Shown: piece after piece, positions 1 through 11,643 of the stretch
Layout: every line of letters starts with the position of its first letter
Position numbering within the stretch: the stretch's first letter is position 1
Assembly: GCA_963514005.1 (NCBI GenBank)
Contig: OY740808.1
Coordinates: 12,586,001 to 12,650,000, forward strand
DNA: 64,000 nt
Direction of reading: 5' to 3'
Source of the DNA: Raja brachyura
Lineage: Eukaryota
The notes under the pieces: model-generated
Seen by the model: only the letters and a program-made list of their open reading frames with translations
The model's database searches: none
What the model was told of the DNA's origin: nothing
Program-made: the position numbers and the translations under genes

Positions 1-725
1 CAATTCTGTCCAACCTCTGCTCGTAGTTATTACCCCTAATTCAGGTATCATGCTGGTAAACATCCTCTGCGCCCATTTCTAGGCCTATACTATAAGGAAA
101 CACTATATCTCCCTCAGTGGCAACACTACTATACTGAGTGGTAAGAAGGCATATTGTATGTTTTCCTTCATTGGGCAGGGCATTTAGGATAAGGACAGGC
201 AAGTCATGATGCTACTTTTAGGACTTTTGTTAGGCTGCATCGCGGTACTGCCATCATTTCTGATCGCCCCAATACTAGATGGAAGTCTAGGACTTGGAAA
301 GAGCGCAGAGGATGTTTACCAGCATGATACCTGAATTAGGGGCATTAACTACGGGCAGAGGTTGGACAGAATTGGATTATTTTCTCTGTAACCGTTGACG
401 ATGAGGGGAGACCTGCTAGAAATATATAACATTATGAGATTCGTAGATAGGGCAGAGACCATTTCCCCTCAGAATGGAAACATTAAGGACTAGATGACAT
501 AGGTTCAAGGTGAGAGACGCATGCACATTGTATATACAGAGGTTGGCGAGGGCCCGGAAGGCGTTGGCGGGGGTGGTGGTGGCGGCACAAGCAACAGTGG
601 CATTTGTAAGACTTCTGGATACGGATCATGTGCACGCAGATAAGATTTGGTTTTGGCCTCATGTCGGCAGAGACATGGAGCGCCGAAAGGCTTATTCGTG
701 TGCTGTGCTGTACTATGTTCTGCGC
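1..725 (+). mobile_element. Old CR1/L2-type 3' remnant downstream of each Ig gene (paralogs about 17945-19250, 34680-35970, 53530-54780, 61650-62760)
   Basis: Degenerate RT C-terminus and a typical elasmobranch LINE 3' end (ccgaaaggcttgttcgtgtgctgtgctgtactatgttct). Confidence 0.65.
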
Positions 726-1535
726 TTTGTGGATACTGCAACTTTAGTTTGGACTCATCAATCAGGAGAAATAACGTCGGCATCTTTCCTGCCATGACCA
801 CTAAGAGTTTGTCGGGAGCTGTGAGGTGTTTACACATTCTCCACGTGATGTCGTGGGTTGCCTCCCACATCCCAAAGATTGCGGGTTCATAGGTCAATTG
901 GCCTCTGTAAAATTGCCCCCCGCCGTGTAGGGAGTGGATGAGAAGGTTGGCTGCACTTCTCGCAGCGTGCACTTATCCCACTAATCAGCTCAGCAGGAAC
1001 CAACCAAGAACTTCAGTACCTCTATTGGGCCAGGAAAGTAAAACCATATGTGATACTCCATGTGTGCTAGCGCCCTATGTAAAGGCAGAAAGAACGTATT
1101 TACTCTCACTCACCACCAGCCCCACCCATTTAATTCACAGATGAAATAGCTTGGAATTGCTAAGTGAATAGTATCAGCAAGGTCAAATTTAACGTTTACT
1201 GTCTGTCCTCGAATGCGTTTCGACATGAGCGCGCAATTTTGTTCGTGTGTGTGCGTGTGCGCGCGCGCGACTATATGAACCAACTTATAATCACACCAAT
1301 TTATAATATAACGTTCCGCACCATTTATCACCGCATCTTCCATAAAGTAATATAATGAAGGTTGATTAATTGATTTGATTTTATCTGATCAGAAATAAAA
1401 GTCAAAATTAAAGTCAAACAAATGTATTGCTCTTCAGATTGAATTATTGATTTTAGTCGAGAGTTGTATTTGAAAATGTTAGTAACTGTGGGTAAGCAAC
1501 AAAATAACCTGAATGTAATATTTAGACCACTGTCT

Positions 1536-1541
1536 TTTAAT
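1536..1541 (-). terminator. Candidate polyadenylation signal ATTAAA (paralogs 19880-19885, 37658-37663, 63551-63556)
   Basis: About 190-215 nt downstream of each C stop, conserved in all four copies, followed by a T/GT-rich stretch. Confidence 0.6.
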
Positions 1542-1732
1542 GAATATTTGTGAATGCATTCAACAGATTGAATAACATTGGAGTTTCAATTCCAACGAGT
1601 TGCAAAGAGCGAGACAAAGGACAATTTTATCGCAAATGCTAGTCGATAACAGAATATTTTTAGATCAATTTTTAACAAATGAAGGACGGAGCAAAACTAT
1701 TTTTCAGCTTGATTAGTTGGAATTTAGATGGT

Positions 1733-2055
1733 TTACAGACAGCTGGACCTGGCGATGTTTCGCTGCAGCGGGCAAGCCCGCGACTCGTGTTTAACCACAC
1801 AGGAGTAAAGCTCGTGTGAGTTCCAGACTGTGACTGGCAGAGTCAGGTAACTGCTCGCACTGAACGTGCTGTCCGCCTCCTGTTGGACTGGGCTGGTTTC
1901 GACGCCATCACTTCTCGCACTGCCGTCCACAGTCCACTCAATTTCCACAACTCCCGGATTAAACCCACTCACCAAACACACAAGGGTGGCGGTTCCCTTT
2001 CCCGTCATTTCTTCCGCTGAAGGTCCAAAGACGGACACCGCGGGCGGCTGAGGTA
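1733..2055 (-). CDS. IGL: Ig lambda-type light chain copy 1, constant exon (IPQPPAVSVFGPS...ATLVCLVSGFNPG...YSCVVKHE...RSSCL*)
   Basis: Acceptor attAG at 2057-2056. C1-set motifs ATLVCLV, W and YSCxVxH, and a penultimate Cys for H-L linkage. Resembles elasmobranch type II/lambda C regions as I recall them. Confidence 0.95.
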
Positions 2056-3242
2056 CTAATCAAAAATAAAGTCACAGATTAGTAGGGCTAGCAGAACTGC
2101 TTCGGTTAAAACATCTTTGTTAAAAATACAGTTGGTATAGCATGGATTCATTCGTTCCAAGTGAGATCTCCAAAAATAACTGCTAGTTATGGCAATGGGA
2201 CAGAATATACGCAGTAGCGTAAAATATATTATTTCGGCAGTGTTTTTATTTGATCTCCAGAGTATTATTTCCATTGGCTCCAGTTACAAAAAAAAACGAG
2301 TGTTTTACCTGACAGCCAGTTGCGGGTTTTCATTGCAGTCAATGTTCCACTAAACTCGCTTCAAACTTTAGTTTTGTTTAAGTACCTTCCCTTAATTCAT
2401 CTGTTCATTTATTAAGACCAGATACCGAAATGTTACTAATGGTTGGATTTTAGCGTCAAGAATATTTTGCCGTTTTAGCCATCGATTAATTTCCAGCAAC
2501 GTTAAATTTACCGTGTTCTCGCGTTTTAAATAGTCGTTGATATGATTTACATTAATGCTGAAACGTATGTGTTTGATTTTCCTTGACCCGTCTCTTCTCT
2601 TTGAAGTAATAATTCAGCTCAGATTTCTGAAGTTGAATAGCGAATCTTATTCCTTTCGCTTAATGGCACAACAGCAAAATGCATTATAAGATGTCACACG
2701 GAACTAAACTGATTTGAAGAAGGGACCCGAACCGAAAGTCACCTATCCATGTTCACCAGAGATGCTGCCCTACCCGCTGAGTCACTCCAGAGCTTTCTGT
2801 CTTTTTTTATAAACCAGCATCTGCAGTTCCTTGCCCCTGCAAAGTTATTTCCCGTGTCCTTACGTTCGGTCCAATTCTTCTCCAGGTTTGATAATTGTTA
2901 TCCCGCCGTCCACAAAGTAATTAAGAATAATAAAACAGCTGGACATTCGATTCGTCCTTTCATTCCTGTTGTCAACTAATTTGCCAAAAAGACTCGATCG
3001 TGGCCGGGAATTAAAAAAACACCAGTTTTAAATATCTTTAATTTCAGCTATTTAGTGTAAAAAATACAAACAGTCGGCCGAGAATCAGGCCCTTTGACAG
3101 AGCTACGTCTCATAATTTGCCAAAGGAAACTCGACTTTGGTCGAACGCTGAAAATTAGCGTTAAAATGTTTTCTTTGAACCATCGATTAGCGACAGAAAA
3201 CCAATTACTTTTCACTGCAATATCATTAACCCAAAGATAGAA

Positions 3243-3408
3243 TATGCAGGAAGGAACTACAGACCCATTCATACCCTCCAGAGATGCTGCCAATCCAGCT
3301 TGTTGTGTCTATCTTCGGTTTAAACCAACCTGCAGTAACTTCCTCATAACTCTGTAATTCTCCAGAGATGATGCATGGCCCGCTGCGTCACTCCAGCTTT
3401 TTGTGTCT
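3243..3408 (+). mobile_element. Short repeat insertion in the J-C intron with a 14-bp flanking direct repeat (present in all three copies)
   Basis: acccaaagatagaa at 3229-3242 and 3409-3422 flanks two ccagagatgctgc modules. Confidence 0.7.
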
Positions 3409-3436
3409 ACCCAAAGATAGAAGGTATTTTACTTAC

Positions 3437-3781
3437 TGCCAATACCCAGCCTAGTTCCTTTGCCGTAGACGAAAGCATCGTTCCACACAGCACAATAGTA
3501 ATCCGCTGCGTCCCCCGACTGCACGTTTGATATTGTCAATGTTGCAGTGTTGCCTGACACTGATCCGGAGAAACGTCTAGAAACTCCCGAGCCTCTGGAA
3601 ATGCTGCTGCCCGAGTAATAGTAGATCAAATACCGCGGAACCGTTCCTGGAATCTGCTGGTACCAGGAAATCTCTCTGTTACCTAAACTGCCGCCAGACA
3701 GGGTACAGGGTATTTCCACGTTCTGTCCCAGAAATGTGGATTTTGAAGCCGGCTGATTTAGTGCAAATTGCGTATTTATAT
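3437..3781 (-). CDS. IGL: Ig lambda-type light chain copy 1, germline-joined VJ exon (YINTQFALNQPASKSTFLGQNVEIPC...WYQQ...DAADYYCAVWNDAFVYGKGTRLGIG)
   Basis: Acceptor ttttccAG at 3783-3782. V-set hallmarks C-W-DxAxYYC run directly into a J-like xGKGTRL. Donor GTAAGT at 3436-3431. 345 nt, open frame, no RSS. Confidence 0.95.
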
Positions 3782-3905
3782 CTGGAAAACAAACCAGAAA
3801 AAGGAGAATATTAACTAATATCAGAGAAACAGCAGATTTGTCATGGATAGAAATGTTTAATCGTACTCGAGATTAAACACCATGTCGGTTGAAGTCAATA
3901 CTCAC

Positions 3906-3954
3906 AAGCTGCGGAAAACGCTAACGCATAGACTAGAGAGATCCAGCAAGACAT
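3906..3954 (-). CDS. IGL: Ig light chain copy 1, leader exon (MSCWISLVYALAFSAA, phase-1 intron)
   Basis: ATG at 3954-3952 followed by 16 hydrophobic codons plus 1 nt, then donor GTGAGT (plus-strand actcac 3900-3905). Splices in frame to the VJ exon. Confidence 0.92.
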
Positions 3955-4210
3955 TGTAATTAATTGAGCGGAGAACGCAAGGTGAAGTGGCTTTTCAGTG
4001 TTTCTCTCCGGGTCGCTTATGAACCGCATGACAAGGCGTCGCCGCGAGTTCTTTATCTATCCATCAACAGTCAAATCAGAATGCGTGTTGCGCCAATCAG
4101 AAGTTGCCAGATTCTTCCTGTGTCAAATTATTTCCAAGGTAAATAAGGATTTGGTGTCGAATATCTCGGTACAATTTATCTCGGTACATTTGTATCTCGG
4201 TACAATTTAA
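3955..4210 (-). promoter_or_regulatory. Proximal promoter of copy 1 (paralogs about 22320-22575 and 40123-40365)
   Basis: Block conserved in all three copies. CCAAT box (plus strand 4093-4097; 22458; 40261) lies exactly 139 nt from each ATG. TATA-like TTCATAAG at 4023-4016. No exact ATTTGCAT octamer seen. Confidence 0.6.
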
Positions 4211-5392
4211 TATAGACTCAAGCACACAAGAGACTGTTTCGTTTGAAAGGAGGTGTTGAATTACTCATTTTCATTTATTCTGAATCTTTTGTTGTGCAGT
4301 TGCACGGCATGCGCCTTCAAAGTAATTAATCGAATAACCTCATCATAAGTTCATTCACTCTTGAAAAATGAAAGGATACATTACAATAGGGGCTGAAGAA
4401 TTCGTGCTCATGGTCTCACTCTACTGTACGCGATATGTACCTTCACCCTTTTATTTGCACACCCACATTTTATTTGAAACTGGTAAATATTCTGGTGAAG
4501 ATGGTGTGCAGGAAATCTTTCAAAGCGCAATGTGAAGACGCAATTGTCGGCAAAATTATTTACGAATTTGCAAATGTGGGTGTCAATGCACCGTGAAACC
4601 CGCTGTAATTCTGGAAAGCATGCTTGCTTGCAGCACACATGTAGCACGGGCAATTGACAATTGAGAAACAAAATTGAGAAACATGTTTAATCGACCAGGG
4701 AGTTGCTGGCGAGTTTTATATATTAAAGACGTCGACGTCTGCATGTGCTTGAATTGCTATGATATTAATTCTGTCCAACTTCAACTGACATATGAAATTA
4801 TATTTACATGACACCAGCGTTGCCTTATACTTGATCTGATGTACGCAGATTTTATATCTCAACCCAATTGCGCTAGTTGGCGCGACAGCGCTCCTTTCGC
4901 TTTACGGACTGTCCCTGCAGGGTAGTAACAGCAGGTGAATCAGTGCTAACGGTTATGAACAAGAAAATACTAAAAAAAAGTCTCAATTTTCAAATTGTTG
5001 CCAGTTAGACTAACGATTTCTCTGGTAATTAATCAAAGGAGTCCGGGCTGTTATGCTGATGTGCCTGGACAGTTAATACTCGCATCTCATAAAAGTCGTC
5101 AGATCGATGACATGCAACCAAGTCCAGCAAAGGCATCAATGTCTCAAACGTTCCGAAATTGTTCTACTCCTTGGTGCTTCTGAAATTCTATCTCTGTTGG
5201 AACAGGGGAATCCCTTGGCATGATTATGCACCATTTAACTGGCATTAACAACATTTTAGTTGAAATGATGACATAAGAATTGCCCATGCAGCTCAAACAG
5301 CAATCAAATAGTTGAACTACATCCAGAAGAAAATAATCCGTTCTTTGATACTTTTCTCACTCTAAATATTCATCCCCTCCAAGTAACAACGA

Positions 5393-5397
5393 CAGAA

Positions 5398-5457
<60 letters not shown>

Positions 5458-5462
5458 AGAGG
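5393..5462. repeat. (GA)n plus poly-G tract; the paralogous position is (GA)n at 44109-44158 and an assembly gap at 24359-24487
   Basis: All three positions are followed by acagtctcaaaa..ttaacattt. Confidence 0.9.
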
Positions 5463-7292
5463 AGTAGACAGGCAGATTGACAGTCTCAAAAGATTAACAT
5501 TTGGAATGAAATGTTCAATAGAACGCGGTTGTGACGTTCAAGGAGATGCGGCTGTGAGATGCTGGAATTTTCAGTAAAGCGCACAACCCGGGAGTAAATC
5601 TTATCGTAAGGACATTCCGGATCGCGATCTTTCTTTCGACTCTGGAAAATGGTCCCCACCCAAAACATAAAATATTCATGTCCTCCAAAGATGCTGCCCT
5701 ATCTGCTGAATTACTCTAGCACTGAGAATGAAGTAGACGTTTATCACATTATCAAATTAATGAAAATGAAATATTAAAGCAACATAGATATTCTCTAAAA
5801 TAAATAAGATTAGGTATTTAAAGAAGCCACATCTGAAGAATAACGGGGTTAATGACTAACAAACATTCACTTCTGTGTGGAATGTTTCCTGTAAGGGAAA
5901 CGCACTTCCAAATTGCTTGGTTGGAGCAAAACTGCATACATTGTGATGGCTTAACGAGAGGTAGCATTACCAGGGCAGCCTGGTCGAGAAGCAATCTGTT
6001 CCCGTAGGTTAACCCGGGGATTATGTAGCAGTGCAATTTCAGGTAATGACGAAAGGCCAAAAGACTGTGATCCCTAATACGTTAAATATGGGGATGTGAT
6101 GTGGATTCTTTAGTCGTTCAGGGCCACCTTCTCTGGAATTGCTGCAGTCCTTTTGGCGAAGCTACACATTCAATCCACGAGGAATACCATTCCAGAATTT
6201 ACAATGTTACTGAAATCGGCCATGGAAACCTGATTTCGGGACTTTTCTTACCCCTTCCTGTGCGTACTTTAAGGGTACAATCCAATGGTTTCGTACCCTC
6301 AAAATATCAGCCCACTGATGCTTCATCGTCTTACCTGGCTTCACTTATTTTCAGTGGGTCTAGCACAGGCACAGAAAGCACTCCTGGATATTCCTTTATC
6401 CACCACGTCCATTCCTTTCACGGGCCTGTGATCACAAATGTTATTAGAGGTATTTTGCCGAAATAGTATTTATTTGGCTGCTTTAGATCAAATTTGACGC
6501 GAATAAGCGTCATGGTTGGATATTTGGAAACGTTAATATTATTGAATATTTAATCTATCACTTGCGTTTGTACATAAGTGCTGCAGCAACTTGGCAGGCA
6601 ACGTTTGGCTAATGTATTGGAATATTTTGAAGAATTAACGTGTAATGTCCAAAGAAGGAAAACGATGCATGTACTAGAGGTCGCATGCTATCGTGAATCG
6701 AAGGCTAGCTTTCAGAAAACAGAGAGTAAGCAGAATTTGGTCTGGTTCTGATTTGTAAGGACTACCATTTTCGTGTTGTAAGTAAAGGTGTGTGCCCTCA
6801 ACCTCAGTTTCGGTTTCCTTACAATATTTTGTAATTTCATATGATCCGTTCTTTGTTGTAGCATACACAGTCATATTCCTTTATTTATACCATTGACTGT
6901 TCTGTTGATTGTGTTATTTCTGCCACAGCGAATTCGACCATCCCTTCCGTTGTTTTCCACATTAACTCACTATAGTGCACAATGTATTTATTTTCAGAGT
7001 CATGCTTATCTGAATATTGGTTAATCTTCTCTATCGTTATTTGCGCGCAAGTGTCACAGCTTGGTTATTTGGCTAAATAACAGTTGCCAATACAATGAAG
7101 GTATATGTAAGTGGTGCGGGCATATTAATATTGGTTTATTGAGGCTTAAGCTCAAGAGGCTTCTGTGAGCGTTACCTTCGGATAAAGTTTGGTCTGTCTT
7201 TTTATGTTTGCTTTGCAGCACAACCTGGTCTTGGTGTCATAGAGATGGACGCTAGTGTGCTCAGCCTATGGGATGTTGGAGCAGATGAAGAC

Positions 7293-8420
7293 GTAATATC
7301 TCCCACGTTGTACTTCGTGGTCCGGTATATGTTTCATTCCAGAATCATAACCCTTGTTGTGCCTCTGGAATGACCACATGTACACGTATTTAGGGTTGGA
7401 AACTGAGCATAAATCAAGGCTCTGTTTATTTCACGGCCATCTGGAACCAGAGTACCCTGTTATATTACGTTATTCCCACATATACATGTTGCTACGCTGG
7501 GCAAACAAAGTAGTCCTTGTGATATAACAAAGTAGTCCTTGCAATATCACAACATCCCCCTTGTCTTAAGAAATATGCTTAACAAACAAAACTCTACACA
7601 CAATTGTTTTTTATTAACACCAACATTCTTCAATAGCAATGATTATCAACAGTAACGTACAGGTTTCTTACTAACACGTCCTGGATGTGTCACGTATTCT
7701 CCATCAGCATTATGTGCGGTCGTTCCTCCTCTTTATATTTGGTCTCAGTCCTGTTGTTGTCTGGAATGACGCAGTGGGGACCAAAACCTGGTTTCTCCAG
7801 TGGAGGAACATCTCTCAAATGAGCTCGATTCCATCTTAATCTATTCTCATTTGGCGTTTCAATGATGTAAGATCTTAATTGGGGTTCGTCACAGATCGTT
7901 CTCACTTCTTGTGGTATCCAGACATGAGCAACTTGATCCAGAACCCGGATCTTCTGTCGAATGTGTAATGGTTTCAAGACCAATGTCTCTTGATCGAATT
8001 GTCAAAATGCGCCTTCATTTGCTGCGTGCGCTCTTCAAGTCGCGCAAAGTTCCTCTGCCATTGGTATGTCTTGTCCGTGTCAAGGTTTGTGAGTAGAGGT
8101 GTCTGAATCTGTCTTCCAAACATCATCTCTGCTGGTGATGGTAACTTGGAATCAATCTGTGCGGTACCCAAGTTGAGTAAAGCTGCTGCTACACTCTGTT
8201 CCGTTGTCAAGGACTTCTTGATGACGGATTTCACCGTTTGTACCATTCTCTCAACAAGTCCATTCGACTGCGAGTACCTAGGTGAGGACGTCATATGGGT
8301 GATTCCCCATTGCTCGCACATGAATTTGAACGGTTCTCCAACAAATTGTGGGCCATTGTCGGAGATGATTTCCGTCGGTGCTCCTAGGAGGCCAAATGAT
8401 GCAGTCACCATATTAGTGTC
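7293..8420 (-). mobile_element. Gypsy-type LTR retrotransposon fragment (integrase C-terminus, PPT, partial 3' LTR; unit 1 only)
   Basis: IISDNGPQF...SSPRYSQSNGLVERMVQTVK...SPAEMMFGR integrase motifs. Purine tract AAGGGGGA is followed by TGTT at 7554. Absent from the paralogous positions near 26250 and 45930. Confidence 0.85.
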
Positions 8421-9200
8421 TGAAAGAGGTGTGTCCAGGTGCAGCTCCTGAAAGATTAGTGATCTGCAGTTGCAATTGGATGACCTCATGTTCGTCCAGA
8501 GAGTGAGCAAGTCATAGTTAGGCATCATAGTGAGGTGCTCACGCCTGTGGTGCGGACAAAGAATAGATGGGTAACCACCAGCAAAGGCAGTAGGCAGAAG
8601 GTTCAGGAATCCCCTGTCGGCTTTCCCCTGCAAAACAGCTATGTTCTTTTGCAACTGTTGAAGGGGTAAGATTGATGCCTATAAATAATCTCATCATCTG
8701 TCATTTGTTTTGTAATCAAATGCCCAAGATATTTTACCTTATTACAGACACTAAGATTATTGTCGGACAATTTAAAATCAGGACATTTTAGACATTTAAC
8801 CTCTTTGGTTCTTCAGATCATAACAGCACTCTTACAAGCATTATATTTAATATCATGTTCCACACCATACAAAAAACATATAGTAAGGAGCTGCAGGAGA
8901 CCAGCGCTAGATGGGCTAAAGACCACATGGTCATCTGCAAACATAATATGGTTCACTAAAATATTACCAATGATGCACCCAGTATTACAGGCTTTCAATT
9001 GCTTGGACAGATCATCCATATAAATATTAAAACGGACTGGGGACAAAATTCCCCCTTGTCTAACACCATTGCTAACTCCAAAAGGGGGTGAGACCCTATT
9101 GCCCCATTTTATTTGCATAGTCTGGTGGGCATACCAGGAAACCATAATTCCCACAATGTATATAGGCACCCCTCTTTGACTCAATTTAACAAACAGCTTT

Positions 9201-11643
9201 ATAGACAATAGACAATAGACAATAGGTGCAGGAGTAGGCCATCTGGCCCTTCGAGCAAGCACCGCCATTCAATGTGATCATGGCTGATCATCCCCAATCG
9301 GTACCCCGTACCTGCCCTCTCCCCATAATCCCCTGACTCGGCTATTTTTAACAGCCCTATCTAATTCTCTCTTGAAAGCATCGAGAACCTGCCTCTACCG
9401 CTCTCTGAGGCAGAGAAATCCACAGACTCACCACTCTCTGTTAGAAAAAGTGTTTCCTCATCTGCGTTCTAAATGCCTTACTCCTTATTCGGGCACATGA
9501 TTCCTGCCTCTAGCATGTCCAGGCCCTTAAGCAATCTTATATTTTTCAATCAGATCCCCTCTCATCCTTCTAAACTCCAGAGTGTATAACCCCAGCTGCT
9601 CTATTCTCTCAGCATATGACAGTCCTGCCATCTCGGGAATTAACCTTGTGAACCTATGCTGCACTCCCTCAATAGCAAGACTGTCATTCCTCAAATTAGG
9701 GGACTAAAACGGCATACAATACTCCAGGTGTGGTCTCACTTGGGCTCCGTACAACTGCAGAAGGTCCTCTTTGCTCCTATATTCGATTCCTCTTGTTATA
9801 AAGGCCAACATATCATTCGCTTTCTTAACTGCCTGCTGTACCTGCATGCTTACTTTCATAGACTGATGTACAAGGACCACCAGATCCCGTTGTACTTCCC
9901 CTTTTCCCAACCTGATACCATTTAGATAGTAATCTGCCTTCCTGTTTTTGCGACCAAAGTGGATAATCTCACATTTATCCGCATTAAACTTCATCTGCCA
10001 TGCATCTGCCTACTTCCCCAACCTGTCCCAGTCACCCTGCATTCACATAGCATCCTCCTCACAGTTCACACTGCCACCCAGCTTTGTGTCATCTGCAAAT
10101 TTGCTAATGTTACTTTGAATCCCTTCATGCAAATCATTGATGTATACTGTAAATAGCTGCGGTCCCAGCACCGAGCCTTGTGGTATCCCACTAGTCACTC
10201 CCTGCCATGCTGAAAGGGACCCGTTAATCCCTACTCTGTGTTTCCTGTCTGCCAACCACTTCTCTATCCATGTCAGCACTCTACCATGTGCCCCAATTTT
10301 GCCCACTAATCTCCCATGTGGGACCTTATCAAATGGTTTCTGAAAGTCCAGGTACACTACATCCACTGGCTCTCCCATGTCCATTTTCCTAGTTAAATCT
10401 TCAAAACATTCCAGAAGACTAGTCAAGCATGATTTCCCCTTCGTAAATCCATGCTGACTCGGACCGATCCTGTTACTGCTATCCAAATGTGCGGCTATCT
10501 CATCTTTTATAATTGACACCAGCATCTTCCCCACCACCGATGTCAGGCTAACTGGTCTATAATTCCCCGTTTTCTCTCTCCCGCCTTTCTTAAAAAGTGG
10601 GATAACTTTAGCTACCCTCCAATCCACAGAAACTGATCCTGAGTGTATAGAACTTTGGAAAATTATCACCAATGCATTCACGATTTCTAGAGCCACTTCC
10701 TTAAGTACCCTGGGATGCAGACCATCAGGCCCTTGGGATATATCAGCCTTCAGTCCCATCAGTGTATCCAACACCATTTCCTGCATAATGTAGATTTCCT
10801 TCAGTTCCTCAGTCACCCCAGATCCTCTGGCCACTACTATATCAGGAAGATTGTTTGTGTCCTCCTTAGTGAAGACAGATCCAATGTACCTGTCCAACTC
10901 ATCTGCCATTTCTTTGTTCCCCATAATAAATTCAGCTTTTTTGGTCCAAGGGTCCAACTTTGGTCTTAACTCATTTTTTCCTCTTCACATACCTAAAGAA
11001 GCTTTTACTATCCTGCTTTATATTCTTGGCTTGCTTACCTTCGTACCTCATCTTTTCTCCCCGTCTTGTATTTTTGGTTATCTTCTGTTGTTCTTTAAAC
11101 ATTACCCAATACTCTTGCCTCCCGCACATCTTTGCTACATTGTACTTCTTCGCTTTAATTTTTATACTGTCCTGCCATCCCTTGTCAGCCATGGTTTTCC
11201 CTCTCTACCCATGGCATCTTTCTTCCTCCTAGGAATGAACTGATCCTGCACCTTCTGTATTATTCCTAGAAACATCTGCCATTTTTGTTCCACTGTCATC
11301 CCTGCTAGTGTATCTTTCCAGTCAACTTTGGCCATAGTCCCCTTTATTCAAGTGCACCACTGACACCTCCCATCTACTCTTCTCGCTCTCCAACTGTAGA
11401 TTAAGCCTGACCATGTTATGGTCACTGCCTCCTAATGGCTCATTAACCTCGAGGTCCTTTATCAAATATGGTTCATTACATAACACAAACTCCAGAATAG
11501 TCTTCTCCCTGGTAGGCTCCAATACAAGCTGTTCAAAGTATCCATCACGAAGGCACTCTACAAACTCCCTTTCTTGGGGTCCAGTACCAACCTGATTTTC
11601 CCAGTCTTACCTGCATGTTGAAATCTGCCATAACAACAACAAG
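9201..11643 (-). mobile_element. CR1 LINE, 5'-truncated (unit 1 only)
   Basis: RT motifs NYRPVSLTS, QHGF, VYLDFQK, PQGSVLGP, FADD. (CTATTGT)n tail near 9201-9222. AGCTTT duplicated at 9195-9200 and 11644-11649. Confidence 0.9.

Noticed and set aside
3437-3781. VJ exons as somatic rearrangements or processed retrocopies
   Set aside because: Introns are retained, there is no polyA or TSD around the genes, and the same junction is repeated in three tandem units.
3964-4210. Plus-strand ORFs recurring upstream of each leader
   Set aside because: Antisense readings of the conserved promoter, with non-ATG starts.
4566-4575. Octamer-like ATTTGCAAAT about 610 nt upstream of copy 1
   Set aside because: Imperfect and not conserved (atttgaaaat in copy 2, atgtgcaaat in copy 3).
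6674-6874. 66-aa ORF repeated at 25587-25787
   Set aside because: Frameshifted in unit 3 (about 45300-45470) and has no recognisable domain. The recurrence is explained by the duplication.
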